A stretch of DNA of 64,000 bases from contig CAVUDW010000003.1 of assembly GCA_963740355.1 (NCBI GenBank), positions 544,001-608,000 on the forward strand, given 5' to 3'. Of the stretch, positions 1 through 10,724 are shown in pieces. Position 1 is the first letter of the stretch. Each line of letters begins with the position of its first letter. Below the pieces are notes generated by a model, which was given only the letters and a program-made list of their open reading frames with translations, did no database searches and was not told the DNA's origin. Made by a program: the position numbers and the translations under genes. This DNA is from an uncultured Gemmatimonadaceae bacterium (GTDB taxonomy: Bacteria; Gemmatimonadota; Gemmatimonadetes; Gemmatimonadales; Gemmatimonadaceae).

Positions 1-1124
1 GTGCCGCGAAGGAAGCGCCGACGGACACCGCGCAGGCCGCATCGGCCCGGGCGACGGTCAGCATGACGAGCGCGCAGGTGCAACACGGCGGGGTGGAGTG
101 GTCAGCCGCGGTGGCAGCGTCAGCACGCACTGTGTTGGAACTTCCCGGTCAGCTCGTGCCGAACGAGGACCACACGGCGTACCTCGGCGCGCCGGCGGAA
201 GGGCGTGTGGTGTCGGTGCAGGTCCGGCCAGGTGACCGCGTCGCCGCTGGCCAAAGCCTCGTCACGTTGCAGAGCGGCGCCGCCACGGACGCCCGCGCTG
301 ATTTCAGCAAGGCAACTGCGGGGCTCAACGCGGCGCGCGCCTCCGCAGCGTTCGCACGCGCAGCGCGCGAGCGCGCCGAGCGACTGCTCGTCGTCAAGGC
401 GGCGTCACGCGAGGAGGTCGAGCACGCACAGACGAATGACGAAGTCGCGCAGGGTGCCCTGCAGCAGGCCGAGGCAGAACTGTCGCGCGCCCGCACTGCG
501 CGCGAGCAACTCGGTGCTACGTCGGCGGAAGGGACGATGATCCTTCGCTCGCCACTGCGCGGCGTCGTGCTCAGTCGCGATGCGACACCCGGCTCCGTTG
601 CCGCCGCCGGAGCGCCGCTCGTCGCCGTCACCGATCCCGCCACGCTTTGGCTCGAGATCGCGGTGTCGGACCGGCAGATCGGCGCCCTTCGTCAAGGGGC
701 ACGCGTGCGCTTCAGCGTGCCGGCCTTCCCGGCCGACTCGTTCGAGGCGCGTGTGCAGAGCGTCGGTGGTGCGCTCGACACGACGAGCCGCACGGTGCCC
801 GTGCGCGCACTGGTCGTGAACAAGGACGGACGACTTCGCCCCGCGATGTTCGCCACGACCTTCATCGAAGGTGGTGAGACACGACAGGTGGTGAGTCTGC
901 CGAGCGATGCCGTGCAGCTGCTGGACAACCGCGCCGTGGTGTTCGTGGCCCGGGCTGACGGCAAGGGCGGTGCGACGTTCGAGCGGCGTGACGTCGATGT
1001 CGGCACGAGCGCCGGCGGCCGCGTCGAGGTGGTGCGGGGGCTCAGTGCTGGAGAGATGGTCGTCACGAGCGGCGCATTTGCGATCAAGTCGGAGTTCGCG
1101 CGCTCGAAGATGGCGGGAGGCTGA
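1..1124 (+). CDS. RND efflux periplasmic adaptor (CzcB-like), 5' end outside window
   Basis: Frame is open from the window start; lipoyl-like motif (VRPGDRVAAGQ), alpha-hairpin, LRPAMFA and RRDVDVG/GLSAGE motifs; directly upstream of a CzcA-like gene. Confidence 0.9.
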   Translation, partial: AAKEAPTDTAQAASARATVSMTSAQVQHGGVEWSAAVAASARTVLELPGQLVPNEDHTAYLGAPAEGRVVSVQVRPGDRVAAGQSLVTLQSGAATDARADFSKATAGLNAARASAAFARAARERAERLLVVKAASREEVEHAQTNDEVAQGALQQAEAELSRARTAREQLGATSAEGTMILRSPLRGVVLSRDATPGSVAAAGAPLVAVTDPATLWLEIAVSDRQIGALRQGARVRFSVPAFPADSFEARVQSVGGALDTTSRTVPVRALVVNKDGRLRPAMFATTFIEGGETRQVVSLPSDAVQLLDNRAVVFVARADGKGGATFERRDVDVGTSAGGRVEVVRGLSAGEMVVTSGAFAIKSEFARSKMAGG

Positions 1125-1128
1125 GCCG

Positions 1129-4100
1129 ATGATCGAAACAATCATCGCCGCCGCGCTGCGCTTCCGAATCGCGGTCGTCGCGTTGGTGCTGCTGCTGATC
1201 GCCGCGGGCAGCTGGTCGCTGTCCGGGCTGAACTACGACGCCTTCCCTGACCTGACGCCGAATCAGGTGCAGGTCATCACGCTCGCCCCTGGCCTGTCGC
1301 CGAACGAAGTCGAGAACCTCGTCAGCTACCCCATGGAAACGGCGATGATGGGGCTGCCTCGGACCGCCGGGGTGCGCTCCATCTCGAAGGCCGGCATCTC
1401 CGTCGTCACGATCTCGTACGACGATGACGTCGACACGTATTTCGCGCGTGCGCAGGTGCAGCAGCGGATGCAGGACGCCGTCGCCAGCCTGCCAGTCGGC
1501 ACACAGCCCACACTCGGTCCACCGGCCACGCCGATGGGCGAGGTGTTTCAGTATCTCGTCGAGGCAACGGATCCGACGCAGCCGCAGTCGTTGATGGCGC
1601 TCAAGACGCTACAGGAATACACGATCAAGCCGATGCTGCGCACGGTGGCGGGCGTGGCCGACGTGAACTCGTGGGGCGGCATGGTCCAACAGTTTCACGT
1701 GCTTGCCGACCCGAGCAAGCTGGCTGGATACGACCTGACGCTGAAAGATCTCGAGTCCGCGCTGTCGGCCAACAACGGCAACTTCGGCGCGGGCTACATC
1801 GAATCGCAGGGTGAGCGCTTCACCGTGCGCGGGCTTGGCCGGCTGGGCGACACGACGGACATCGGCAACGTCGTCGTCGCGACGAGGAAAGGCGGTGTGC
1901 CGGTCCACATTGCTGATGTGGCGCACGTCGAGATCGGGCCGATGCCGCGGGAAGGCGCCGTGTCACGTGACGGTACCGGCGAAACACTCTCGGGCATGAT
2001 CGTGATGCTCAAGGGTGCGAACGGCCGCGAGGTCGTGACGGCCGTGGAAAAGCGCCTGCTCGACATCGCGCCACTGCTGCCGCCGGGCGTCGTGATCCGC
2101 CCGTTCTACAACCAGGGTGAGGTGGTCGACCGCACCACCAGCACGGTGTTTCGGAACCTGCTCGAAGGGGGACTGCTCGTCACGCTGATCCTCTTCGTGT
2201 TCCTCCGCAACCTGCGCGCGTCGCTCATCACGGCGTCCGTCATCCCGCTCGCGCTGCTGTTCGCGTTCGTGTTCATGAAGCACTACGGCTACTCCGCGAA
2301 TCTGATGAGCCTTGGTGCGCTCGACTTCGGCCTGATCGTCGATGCGTCGGTGGTGATGGTCGAGAACTTCGTGCGACAACTCGGCCACGCGGGGCGAACG
2401 ACGACGGACGAGCGACGGACGATCATCCGCCGTGCTGCCTTCGAGGTGGGCCGCCCCATCGTGTTTGGCGTCTGCATCATCATCGCCGTCTATATTCCGA
2501 TCTACACGTTGCAGGGCCTCGAAGGGCGGATGTTCATCCCCATGGCGTTCACCGTCTGCGTCGCCGTGCTCGGGTCGCTGCTGATCGCGCTGACGTACGT
2601 GCCGATGGTGGCGTCGTTCGTGCTCACGCGTGTCGAGGAAACGCCGGCGCGCTGGTTCGAGGCATTGCGAGGCCGGTACGAGCGCGCGCTCGCCTGGGCG
2701 CTGACCCATCGCGCCGCGGTCGTCGGCAGCAGTGCCATCGTGCTCGCCATTGCGCTCGGATCGGTGCCGTTCCTCGGGACCGAGTTCATGCCGAAGCTGG
2801 ACGAAGGCTCGATGCTGATCGAGACGCGACGCCTGCCGAGCACCTCGCTCCCGCAGGGCATGAGCATCGCGAAAGAGGTCGAGAAGACGCTGATGACCTT
2901 CCCGGAGGTCAAGAGCATCGTGACCAAGATGGGCCGGCCGGAACTGGCGACGGAGACGATGGGTCTGTACGCCGGCGACGTGTACGTCATGTTCAAGCCG
3001 CGCAGTGAGTGGAAGACCACGTCGGCGAGTGCGCTGATCGTGAAGATGGACTCTGCCCTGCACCAGATTCCCGGCATCGACTACAACTTCACCGCGCCGA
3101 TGGCGATGCGGCTCGACGAGGCGATCTCCGGCGTGCGCACGGAACTCGGCATCAAGGTCTTCGGCGACAGCCTGCCGATCCTGCAGGAAAAGGCTGCAGA
3201 AATCCGCGACATCGTCGCGAAGATTCCTGGTGCGGCCGACGTCTCGGTCGATGTCAGCGCTGGGGCCATGCAGGTGGAGCTTGCGTTGCGCCGTGATGCG
3301 CTTGCACGCTACGGATTGAACATCGCCGACGTGCGCGAGGCCGTGCAGGCCGGCATCGGGGGCGTCACCGCCACCGAGGTCATCGACGGGCGCAAGCGCT
3401 TCCCGGTCGTCGTGCGGCTGGCCGAGGCCTATCGCGGCACGCCGGCCGCCATCGGTCGGCTGCTGCTCACCGCGCCGGGGGGTGAAAAGGTGGTGCTGTC
3501 ACAGGTGGCGGACGTGCGCGTGGTGGAGGGGCCGGAGCTGATCAATCACGAGGATGGCGAGCGCATGGTCGTCGTGCAGTCGAACGTGCGCGGTCGCGAC
3601 CTCGGCGGATTCGCCGCGGAAGTGCAGCGTGAAGTCGGTCGGCGCGTGACGATGCCGCAGGGCTACCTGGTGACGTACGGTGGACAGTTCGAGAATCAGC
3701 AACGCGCAATGAAGCGCCTCACGCTGATCGTCCCGCTCGTGCTGCTGCTGATCGTCGCGTTGCTGTATGGCAGTTTTGGCAATGCGCGACAGGCCCTGCT
3801 GGTGATGCTCAACGTGCCGTTCGCCCTTGTCGGCGGCATTGCCGCGCTGTGGCTGCGGAGCCTGAACCTCAATCTCTCGGCGAGCGTCGGCTTCATCGCG
3901 CTCTTCGGTGTGGCGGTGCTCAACGGCGTGGTGCTCGTGGCCTACATCAATCAGCTGCGCGAGCAGAATGTGCCGCTGTCCGACGCGGTGCACGACGGCG
4001 CGGTGACGCGCCTACGGCCCGTGCTCATGACGGCCCTGGTTGCGGGTGTCGGATTCATCCCGATGGCCGTCTCCACCAGCGCCGGCTCCGAGGTGCAGCG

Positions 4101-4281
4101 GCCGCTCGCGACCGTCGTCATCGGCGGACTGATGACGTCGACCCTTCTTACGCTCATCGTGTTGCCCGTGGTGTACGCGTGGCTCGAGGAGCGCTGGCCG
4201 TCGTGGGCAGCGGCGTATCACGCGAGACGGGCGCGGCGGCGCGCCGCGACGGTGACACCGGCGGCGGAGCCGATGACGTGA
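1129..4281 (+). CDS. czcA: CzcA/CusA family heavy-metal RND transporter
   Basis: ATG at 1129 (MIETIIAAALRFR); DAFPDLT, SANLMSLGALDFGLIVDASVVMVEN, TEFMPKLDEG, RLRPVLMT and QRPLATVVIGG motifs. Confidence 0.93.
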   Translation: MIETIIAAALRFRIAVVALVLLLIAAGSWSLSGLNYDAFPDLTPNQVQVITLAPGLSPNEVENLVSYPMETAMMGLPRTAGVRSISKAGISVVTISYDDDVDTYFARAQVQQRMQDAVASLPVGTQPTLGPPATPMGEVFQYLVEATDPTQPQSLMALKTLQEYTIKPMLRTVAGVADVNSWGGMVQQFHVLADPSKLAGYDLTLKDLESALSANNGNFGAGYIESQGERFTVRGLGRLGDTTDIGNVVVATRKGGVPVHIADVAHVEIGPMPREGAVSRDGTGETLSGMIVMLKGANGREVVTAVEKRLLDIAPLLPPGVVIRPFYNQGEVVDRTTSTVFRNLLEGGLLVTLILFVFLRNLRASLITASVIPLALLFAFVFMKHYGYSANLMSLGALDFGLIVDASVVMVENFVRQLGHAGRTTTDERRTIIRRAAFEVGRPIVFGVCIIIAVYIPIYTLQGLEGRMFIPMAFTVCVAVLGSLLIALTYVPMVASFVLTRVEETPARWFEALRGRYERALAWALTHRAAVVGSSAIVLAIALGSVPFLGTEFMPKLDEGSMLIETRRLPSTSLPQGMSIAKEVEKTLMTFPEVKSIVTKMGRPELATETMGLYAGDVYVMFKPRSEWKTTSASALIVKMDSALHQIPGIDYNFTAPMAMRLDEAISGVRTELGIKVFGDSLPILQEKAAEIRDIVAKIPGAADVSVDVSAGAMQVELALRRDALARYGLNIADVREAVQAGIGGVTATEVIDGRKRFPVVVRLAEAYRGTPAAIGRLLLTAPGGEKVVLSQVADVRVVEGPELINHEDGERMVVVQSNVRGRDLGGFAAEVQREVGRRVTMPQGYLVTYGGQFENQQRAMKRLTLIVPLVLLLIVALLYGSFGNARQALLVMLNVPFALVGGIAALWLRSLNLNLSASVGFIALFGVAVLNGVVLVAYINQLREQNVPLSDAVHDGAVTRLRPVLMTALVAGVGFIPMAVSTSAGSEVQRPLATVVIGGLMTSTLLTLIVLPVVYAWLEERWPSWAAAYHARRARRRAATVTPAAEPMT

Positions 4282-5552
4282 GCGACGAGCGGAACGCCGA
4301 GCCCGGGCTGTGGGCGAATCGTGATTTCGGTCGCCTCTTTGCTGCCCAAGTGACCTCGCTCGTCGGGAGCGGCGTCACCAGCATTGCACTCGCGGCCCTC
4401 GCCTTCCAACTCGTGGGCTCCGACGCGACGGCCGTGGTGGGATTCGCGCTCACGCTCCGCATTCTCGCGTTCGTGGTCCTATCGCCAGTCGCCGGCGTGC
4501 TCGCGGACCGCGTGAACCACAAGCACATGCTGGTCGCTGCGGACCTGCTGCGCGTTGCCATCATAGGCGCGTTCCCGTTCATCACCGCGATCTGGCAGAT
4601 CTATGTGCTGATCTTCCTGGTGAACGCAGTGACGGCGTTCTTCACGCCGACGTTCGAGGCGTCGATTCCGGAGCTGGTCGGCGAGCGGTGGTACACGCGG
4701 GCGATCTCGCTATCACGCGTCGCGACGGATCTCGAGACCGTCGGAGGCCCGCTGCTGGCGGGCATTCTGATCGCGGCGGTCGGCGTGCGGTGGACGTTCT
4801 GGTTCGACGCGCTGACCTATGTCGTGTCCGCGGCGCTGGTCTGGCGGTCACGCGTCCCGAGCGCACCAACGCCGACGACGCCGTTTCCATGGCATGGCTT
4901 CGTCTCGCAGATCACGCACGGCACGCGCGTCTTCCTGCGCGAGCCGTCGCTGCGGGCTGCACTCTTCCTGCACTTCGCCGAGGCCGCAGCGGGCGCAGCG
5001 GCCATCGTGTCGACCATCGTGTACGTGCGCGCGACGCTCGGGCGCTCGGAGACGGCGTTTGCGGTGGCGATGGCAGCTGTCGGCGTCGGCTCCTCGGTTG
5101 CCGCGTTGCTCGTGTCGCGACGCGCGGATAGCGCGCAGGGGCATACCGCATCGCACCGGTGGGCGCGACACACCCTGCTTGCCGGCGGCGTACTGCTTGG
5201 CGTCGCGCTGTTGCCGGGCGTGCTGCGGCCGCCGTACGTCGTCTTCCTTGGCTTGTGGGCGCTGAACGGCGCCGGGCAGGCGATGATCGCGGTGGCGTCG
5301 GCACGGCAGCTGGCGGAGCACACGGTGCCAGAGGAGCGCGGACGTGTCTATGCCGCGCACTTCGCGCTGACGCATCTCTGCTGGCTGGCGACATACCCTG
5401 CGGTTGGATTCCTGTCGCGCGCGGTGGGCGTACCGCGGACGTTCGGACTCGCTGGGGTCGTCGCGCTGCTCATGACCGCGGTCGCCGCGTCAATTCGACC
5501 CGCCGTGCCGACCCGCTTGACGGATGTTAGTGGCGGAGAGATTGCCGCGTGA
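4278..5552 (+). CDS. MFS transporter (NreB/H+ antiporter-like)
   Basis: GTG overlaps the czcA stop (GTGA); NRDFGRLFAAQ and GVLADRVNHK (MFS motif A); about 12 hydrophobic segments. Confidence 0.85.
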   Translation: MSDERNAEPGLWANRDFGRLFAAQVTSLVGSGVTSIALAALAFQLVGSDATAVVGFALTLRILAFVVLSPVAGVLADRVNHKHMLVAADLLRVAIIGAFPFITAIWQIYVLIFLVNAVTAFFTPTFEASIPELVGERWYTRAISLSRVATDLETVGGPLLAGILIAAVGVRWTFWFDALTYVVSAALVWRSRVPSAPTPTTPFPWHGFVSQITHGTRVFLREPSLRAALFLHFAEAAAGAAAIVSTIVYVRATLGRSETAFAVAMAAVGVGSSVAALLVSRRADSAQGHTASHRWARHTLLAGGVLLGVALLPGVLRPPYVVFLGLWALNGAGQAMIAVASARQLAEHTVPEERGRVYAAHFALTHLCWLATYPAVGFLSRAVGVPRTFGLAGVVALLMTAVAASIRPAVPTRLTDVSGGEIAA

Positions 5553-5715
5553 TGCGACATCATATGCCCGACTCTGCGGCGCCGACGACGGAGCGTTCGC
5601 GCGCCATGCGCGTGCCGCCACAAGGATTCGTGCGAACACGAGACCGGCGCAAATACAGCGCGACCCCCTGAATGAAGGTCGCGCTTTTCATTCGATCCGC
5701 TCACCCGCCGAGTAC

Positions 5716-5870
5716 ACGAGCGGGGACATCGCGCAGGCGCATCTGACGAAGATCCGCGCGAAGATGGCTGAACTGCGTGCGCTCGAACGCGATATCGTGG
5801 CGTTGGTGGACAGGTGTGACGCGGCATGCCTCGGCGGGCCGGGCCCGGACTGCGTGCCCTCGGTGCAGCA
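5716..5870 (+). pseudogene. MerR-family regulator C-terminal remnant
   Basis: [43 protein letters not shown] resembles the MerR dimerisation helix and Cys loop; no upstream HTH seen. Confidence 0.6.
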
Positions 5871-5905
5871 TGTCGCGCAGGGCTGGGCGCAACGCGACCG
5901 AGCGC

Positions 5906-5929
5906 CGTGGCGTGGCGTGGCGTGGCGTG
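5906..5929. repeat. Microsatellite (CGTGG)4+CGTG
   Basis: Read directly from the sequence. Confidence 0.9.
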
Positions 5930-5934
5930 CACGC

Positions 5935-6286
5935 ATGCACCCACACGCTGCTGGGGTACGTCGTGGCCGCCGTGGCGGAGATCGGCGGCCGCTTCTGCTT
6001 CTGCTTCTGCTTCTGGATCTGGCTAGGCTTGCGCCGTAGTGCATGGATCGCGGTCGCCGGCGTGCTATTGCTGGCGCTCTTCGCATGGGCGCTCACCCGC
6101 GTCGACAGCGCCTTCGCCGGTCGCGCCTACGCCGCGTACGGCGGGGTCTACATCATCACGTCGCTGGCGTGGCTGTGGACCGTGGAGGGCGTTCGGCCGG
6201 ATCGCGCCGACGTGATTGGCGCCCTGCTCCGTCTGGTCGGCTCCGGCGTGATCCCGCTCGGACGTGCCGCACTGAGCGCTCCGTAG
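5935..6286 (+). CDS. ynfA: YnfA/UPF0060 (SMR-like) membrane protein, frameshifted just after the ATG
   Basis: AAVAEIGG...[13 protein letters not shown]...[14 protein letters not shown] is the YnfA signature. ATG at 5935 is one base out of frame; (GCTTCT)4 at 5991-6014 gives FCFCFCF. Confidence 0.75.
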
Positions 6287-6347
6287 GATACGGCACAACG
6301 TGCGACGGCTGCCGCGTAGCAGATTCTTCCGAACGCGCGCAGCGCCG

Positions 6348-6981
6348 TCAGCGCGCGCCAGCAGTGCGCATTGCGCTGAGCTCTTGCTGCGCGTGACGCA
6401 GGACCTGCGCGGCCCCAGACAATGAAAGCACGCCCATGATCATCGCCACCGCGATGTCGGGCCAGCCCTGTCGCGTCGTGAAGACGCCGGCCGCGGCCGC
6501 GACGACGGCGATGTTGCTGATAGCGTCGTTGCGCGAACAGATCCACACCGACCGCATGTTCGAGTCACCGGTCCGGTAGCGATACAACAGCAGCGCGACA
6601 CACACATTGGTAGCGAGCGCGATCAGCCCGATCACGGTCATGACCATCGGTTCCGGCACACGTCCGCTGGCGGCGACGTAGATCGGCGTGTGCAATGACC
6701 CAGATGCCGAACGCCCCCATCGTTGCCGCCTTGAGGACGGACGCACGTGCCCGGATCGACATGGCGGATGCCAGAACGAACAGGCTCAGACCGTAGTTCG
6801 CCGCGTCACCGAGAAAGTCCAGCGAGTCGGCCTGCAACGCGGACGAGCCAGACGCAATGCCGCCGACGACCTCGACGACGAACATGATCGCGTTCAGCGT
6901 CAGGGCGATCCACAGGACTCCGCGGTAGCGCTGCCCCGGCGCAACCGTCCCACAATCAGGTCCCGTGCAGCACGCGCTCAG
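6348..6981 (-). CDS. Short CDF-family cation transporter, +1 frameshift near 6685
   Basis: N-part (SSALQADSLDFLGDAANYGLSL) and C-part (GDSNMRSVWICSRNDAI, GWPDIAVA) are in different frames; GGAGG RBS precedes CTG-AGC-GCG-TGC-TGC (SACC) at 6981. Confidence 0.8.
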
Positions 6982-7026
6982 ACGTCCTCCGCTTTGCAAA
7001 GGTGAGCCCTTCCCAGCGATGAGTGA

Positions 7027-7057
7027 ACGCTACACCTTGTAGTCACTACAAGGTCAA
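7027..7057 (-). promoter_or_regulatory. MerR-type promoter/operator for the CDF gene
   Basis: Minus strand TTGACC-19 bp-TAGCGT, with a perfect dyad ACCTTGTAGT-C-ACTACAAGGT at 7034-7054. Confidence 0.88.
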
Positions 7058-7067
7058 GGAGCAGATC

Positions 7068-7508
7068 ATGGCGACGGCACCCACGACGACGGCCGGCGAC
7101 CTCACCATCGGCGTGCTGGCGGCCCGGACGGGCTGCACGGCGGAAGCGATCCGGTACTACGAGCGGGAGGGCGTGTTGCCGCGCCCCGTTCGTGCCGGCT
7201 CAGGACGGTATCGTCGCTACACCGATGCTGACGTGCAGCGCCTGTCGTTCCTGCGCCGCGCGCGCGAGCTGGGCTTCAGCCTCGACGAGGTGCGCGCACT
7301 GCTCGCCTTCAGCGACGGCGACCCGCGCCGCTCGTGTGCCGATGTGGATTCGCTCGCCCGCGCCCATCTGGCGCAGGTTGATGGCAAGCTCTCGCAGCTG
7401 ACCGCCCTGCGCGGTGCACTCGCCGGCATCATCGACCGGTGCAGCGGCGGGCTGGCGGTGGCGGACTGCCGCATCCTGGATGCACTCGCCGGGGGCGTGC
7501 ACGACTAG
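7068..7508 (+). CDS. MerR-family metal-responsive regulator (CadR/PbrR/ZntR-like)
   Basis: LTIGVLAARTGCTAEAIRYYEREG, YRRY and RARELGFSLDEVR motifs; three Cys (SCADV, RCSGG, DCRIL); AAGGAG RBS. Confidence 0.92.
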   Translation: MATAPTTTAGDLTIGVLAARTGCTAEAIRYYEREGVLPRPVRAGSGRYRRYTDADVQRLSFLRRARELGFSLDEVRALLAFSDGDPRRSCADVDSLARAHLAQVDGKLSQLTALRGALAGIIDRCSGGLAVADCRILDALAGGVHD

Positions 7509-7527
7509 CGCACTGGCGACGCCCCAC

Positions 7528-8293
7528 TCATCCGCCCGCCATCCCCAGCAGCAGGAACACGAGGAAGCCCGCGAAGAACATCGCCGTCGCCGTCTGCGTC
7601 TCCGGCACCTCGTGCGCCTCGACCAGCAGTTCTTCCGTCACGAGATAGAGCAACGCAGCACACCCGAACGCCAACACGCCGGCGAGGGTGTGTTCTGACG
7701 CCCCGCGCAGCACAGTCTCACCCAGCCATGCGCCAACGGGCAGGAGCAGCGAGACGGCAAGCGGCACGCAGATCGTGCGCGTGCGACTGGCCCCGGCATC
7801 CGTGAGCTGGGCCGCCATGGCAAGGCCAAGGGAGAGCAATTCGAGGCTCAGCGCCGCGGTGAGCAGCATGCCCTCTTTCGCACCCGCCGCGGCGGCGATG
7901 CCGACCAGCAAACCATCGATCAGAATGTCGATGCCGATGGCGACGAGCTGACCGGTATCGACGCGCCCCGCCTTCGATTGCTGTGCCGGTGACACACCGT
8001 CGCCCGGCTCGGCAGCACCCGACTTCGAGCTTCGTTGCGAGACGCGCGAGCAGCATCATCACGAGCACACCACCGGCAAAACTGAGCCCGATCTCCCACG
8101 GATCGTGTACGCGCGTCACGTCGGGAAGCAGCTCGACTGCCACGACGGAAAACACGACGCCGGCCGCGAAGTGCTGAATGGCACTCCGGACCCGCGCTGA
8201 CGGCGGTCGGAATGCCGCGATGGATGCGCCCATGACCATCATCAGCACTGGCACCAGTGCCAGCGCGAACACGGGGATCGTCGTCGACATCAC
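7528..8293 (-). CDS. ZIP-family metal transporter, +1 frameshift near 8020
   Basis: IQHFAAGVVFSVVAVELLP in one frame; IDILIDGLLVG and LYLVTEELLVEAHE in the next; start overlaps the ATPase stop. Confidence 0.8.
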
Positions 8294-10724
8294 GCCGCAC
8301 CGCCTGCTTCGCGATACCGCAGCAGCCGGAGCGCATTGACGATCACGACCAGCGTGCTCCCCTCGTGCACTACCACGGTGGGCCCGATCCGCAGCAATCC
8401 GCTGATCGTCGCGACGACGAGCACCGCGATCACGCCAAGTGACAGCACGAGATTCTGCGTGATCACGCGCTTCGTCTGACGGCTCAACCCGATGGCGAAC
8501 GGCAGTCGTCCGAGGTCGTCGCCCATCAAGGCCACGTCCGCCGTCTCGAGCGCCGCGGCCGTCCCCGCACCGCCCATCGCGATTCCGACACTGGCCCGGG
8601 CCAGAGCCGGCGCGTCATTCACGCCATCGCCCACCATCGCCACGCGCCCGTTCGCGGAGAGCTCGGTGATGGCCGTCACCTTGTCCTCCGGCATCAAGCC
8701 GGCGCGCACGTCGTCGATGCCAACGGCGCGGCCGACCGCCTGGCCGACACCGGCGTTGTCACCGGTGAGCATCACGATCCGCGTGATCCCCACGGCGCGC
8801 AGGCGCGCCAGCGTGTCACGTACATCCGCGCGCGGTTCATCGGCGATGCCGATCACGCCGAGCCACTCCGTTCCGCGACGCACCACCATCGTGGTCTGAC
8901 CACTCAATTCCAGACGCTCCACACCATCACGCACGGACGCCGGCACGGCGGCCGCCGCCGTCGGCTGATCCTCGAACATCAGGAGGCGTCCCACGTCGAC
9001 CTGCAGGCCCTCGACGACGGACCGCAGCCCGCGACCGGTCACGGACGTCACATCCGCAGCCGGCGGCACATCAATGGAACGCGCGCGCACTGCATCCATG
9101 ATCGCCTTCGCCAGCGGATGCTGCGAACGCTGCTCGACGGCGGCCGCCACGCGAAGCAATTCCGTCTCCGCCACACCGTCAGAGGGCAGCAGCGTCGTGA
9201 CTGCGGGCGTCCCACGTGTGATCGTGCCGGTCTTGTCGAGGGCGAGCGTGTCGATGCTGCCCAGCGACTCCAGATGCGCGCCGCCCTTGATCAGCACGCC
9301 GTGGCGCGCCGCCTGCGCGATGCCCGCCAGCACGGCCGCGGGTGTGCCGAGTGCGAGTGCACACGGCGACGCGGCCACCAGCAGCGCCATGCCCCGATAG
9401 AACGACTCGGTCCACGTCCACCATCCCATCAGCGACGGCACGACGATGATCGCGACGTCTGCCACGAGGACGAGCGGGACGAAGACCTGCTCGAAGCGAT
9501 CCGTGAACCGTTGCGTGGGCGCCTTCTGCGTTTCCGCCTCCGCCACCAACTTCACGACGCGATCCAGGGTCCGGTCACCCACGACGGCCGTCACCACGAC
9601 CACCAGCGCACCTTCGCCATTCACCGATCCGGCATACACCGGCGCACCCGCACTTTTCTCGACCGGAACGCTCTCGCCGGTCACGGGCGCCTGGTTGACC
9701 GCTGACGTGCCCGATTCGACGGTGCCATCCACCGGAAAACGCGCGGCAGGCTTGATGACCACACGCTCGCCCAATCGCACCGTTTCGACCGGCACGTCTT
9801 CCTCAGTGCGCCCCGCCGCGCTCTCACGAATCACCGTCGCACGCGTTGGCGTCAACGCGCTCAGCGCCGCAATCGCATTCCGCGCGCGTCCCAGTGCGTA
9901 ATGCTCCAGCGCATGCCCCAGACTGAACAGGAACAGCAGCAGCGCACCGTCCACCCACTCGCCAATGATTGCCGCGCCAAGTGCAGCGACGACCATCAGC
10001 AGGTCGATGTCGAAGTGCACGTGCCCCTTGCGGAGGTCCTTCAGCAAATGCCCGACGTTGTCGAGTGCACCCAACATGTACGCCGCGACGAAACACGCGA
10101 TGACGAGGCCTCGCGGTACGTCACCAACGCGCATGAGGCTCCAGCCGATCAGCAGAAACACGCCGGCGCCAAGACTCCATGCCAGCTCGGTGTTTCGCGC
10201 GTACCAGCTCACCGATGCGTCTGCCGGTTGCGTGGCATCGGGTGCAGCGCCCAGTTCGCGCAGCCGACGCCTCACGTCCTGTTCACTGACGCGCGTACGG
10301 TCGTACTCGACGCGCATCACCTGCGCGGGCACGTTCGCGACCGCCGCCGTGACGCCCTCGACCGCGCGCAGTTCAGCCTCCAGTCGACGCCCGCTGTCCT
10401 CGCTGCCGATGACATCCAGCGGCAGCACCGCGTGCGCGAAGCGCGCCGTCACCTCCGCCCCGGCGGTCCGTGCTATTTGCTGTAATGTCTGCAGCGTGAC
10501 CTGCTCGGGATCGTAGTGCAGGCAGAGCAGCGCCTCCGCGGCGGGCACTCGACCTGGCGGTTCGTTCGTGTCGTGTGTGACCGCGCGATCGCGCGCGTCA
10601 CGTGCACACGCGTCACGCCGGTCCGCACACTCAGCAGCGTGATCAGTCGGTCGATACACGCGTCCTGGGCATCCTCGACATCCGGCAGCAACATCGGCAG
10701 GTCGAGTCGCATGGTCTCAGGCAT
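8290..10724 (-). CDS. P1B-4 heavy-metal P-type ATPase (CadA/ZntA-like), frameshift near 10590
   Basis: TGES, SPC, DKTGT, HPLA, GDGVNDAP and HEGST motifs (SPC plus HEGST marks P1B-4). The N-terminus MPETMRLDLPMLLPDVEDAQDAC (10724) is in a different frame from the body. Confidence 0.88.
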
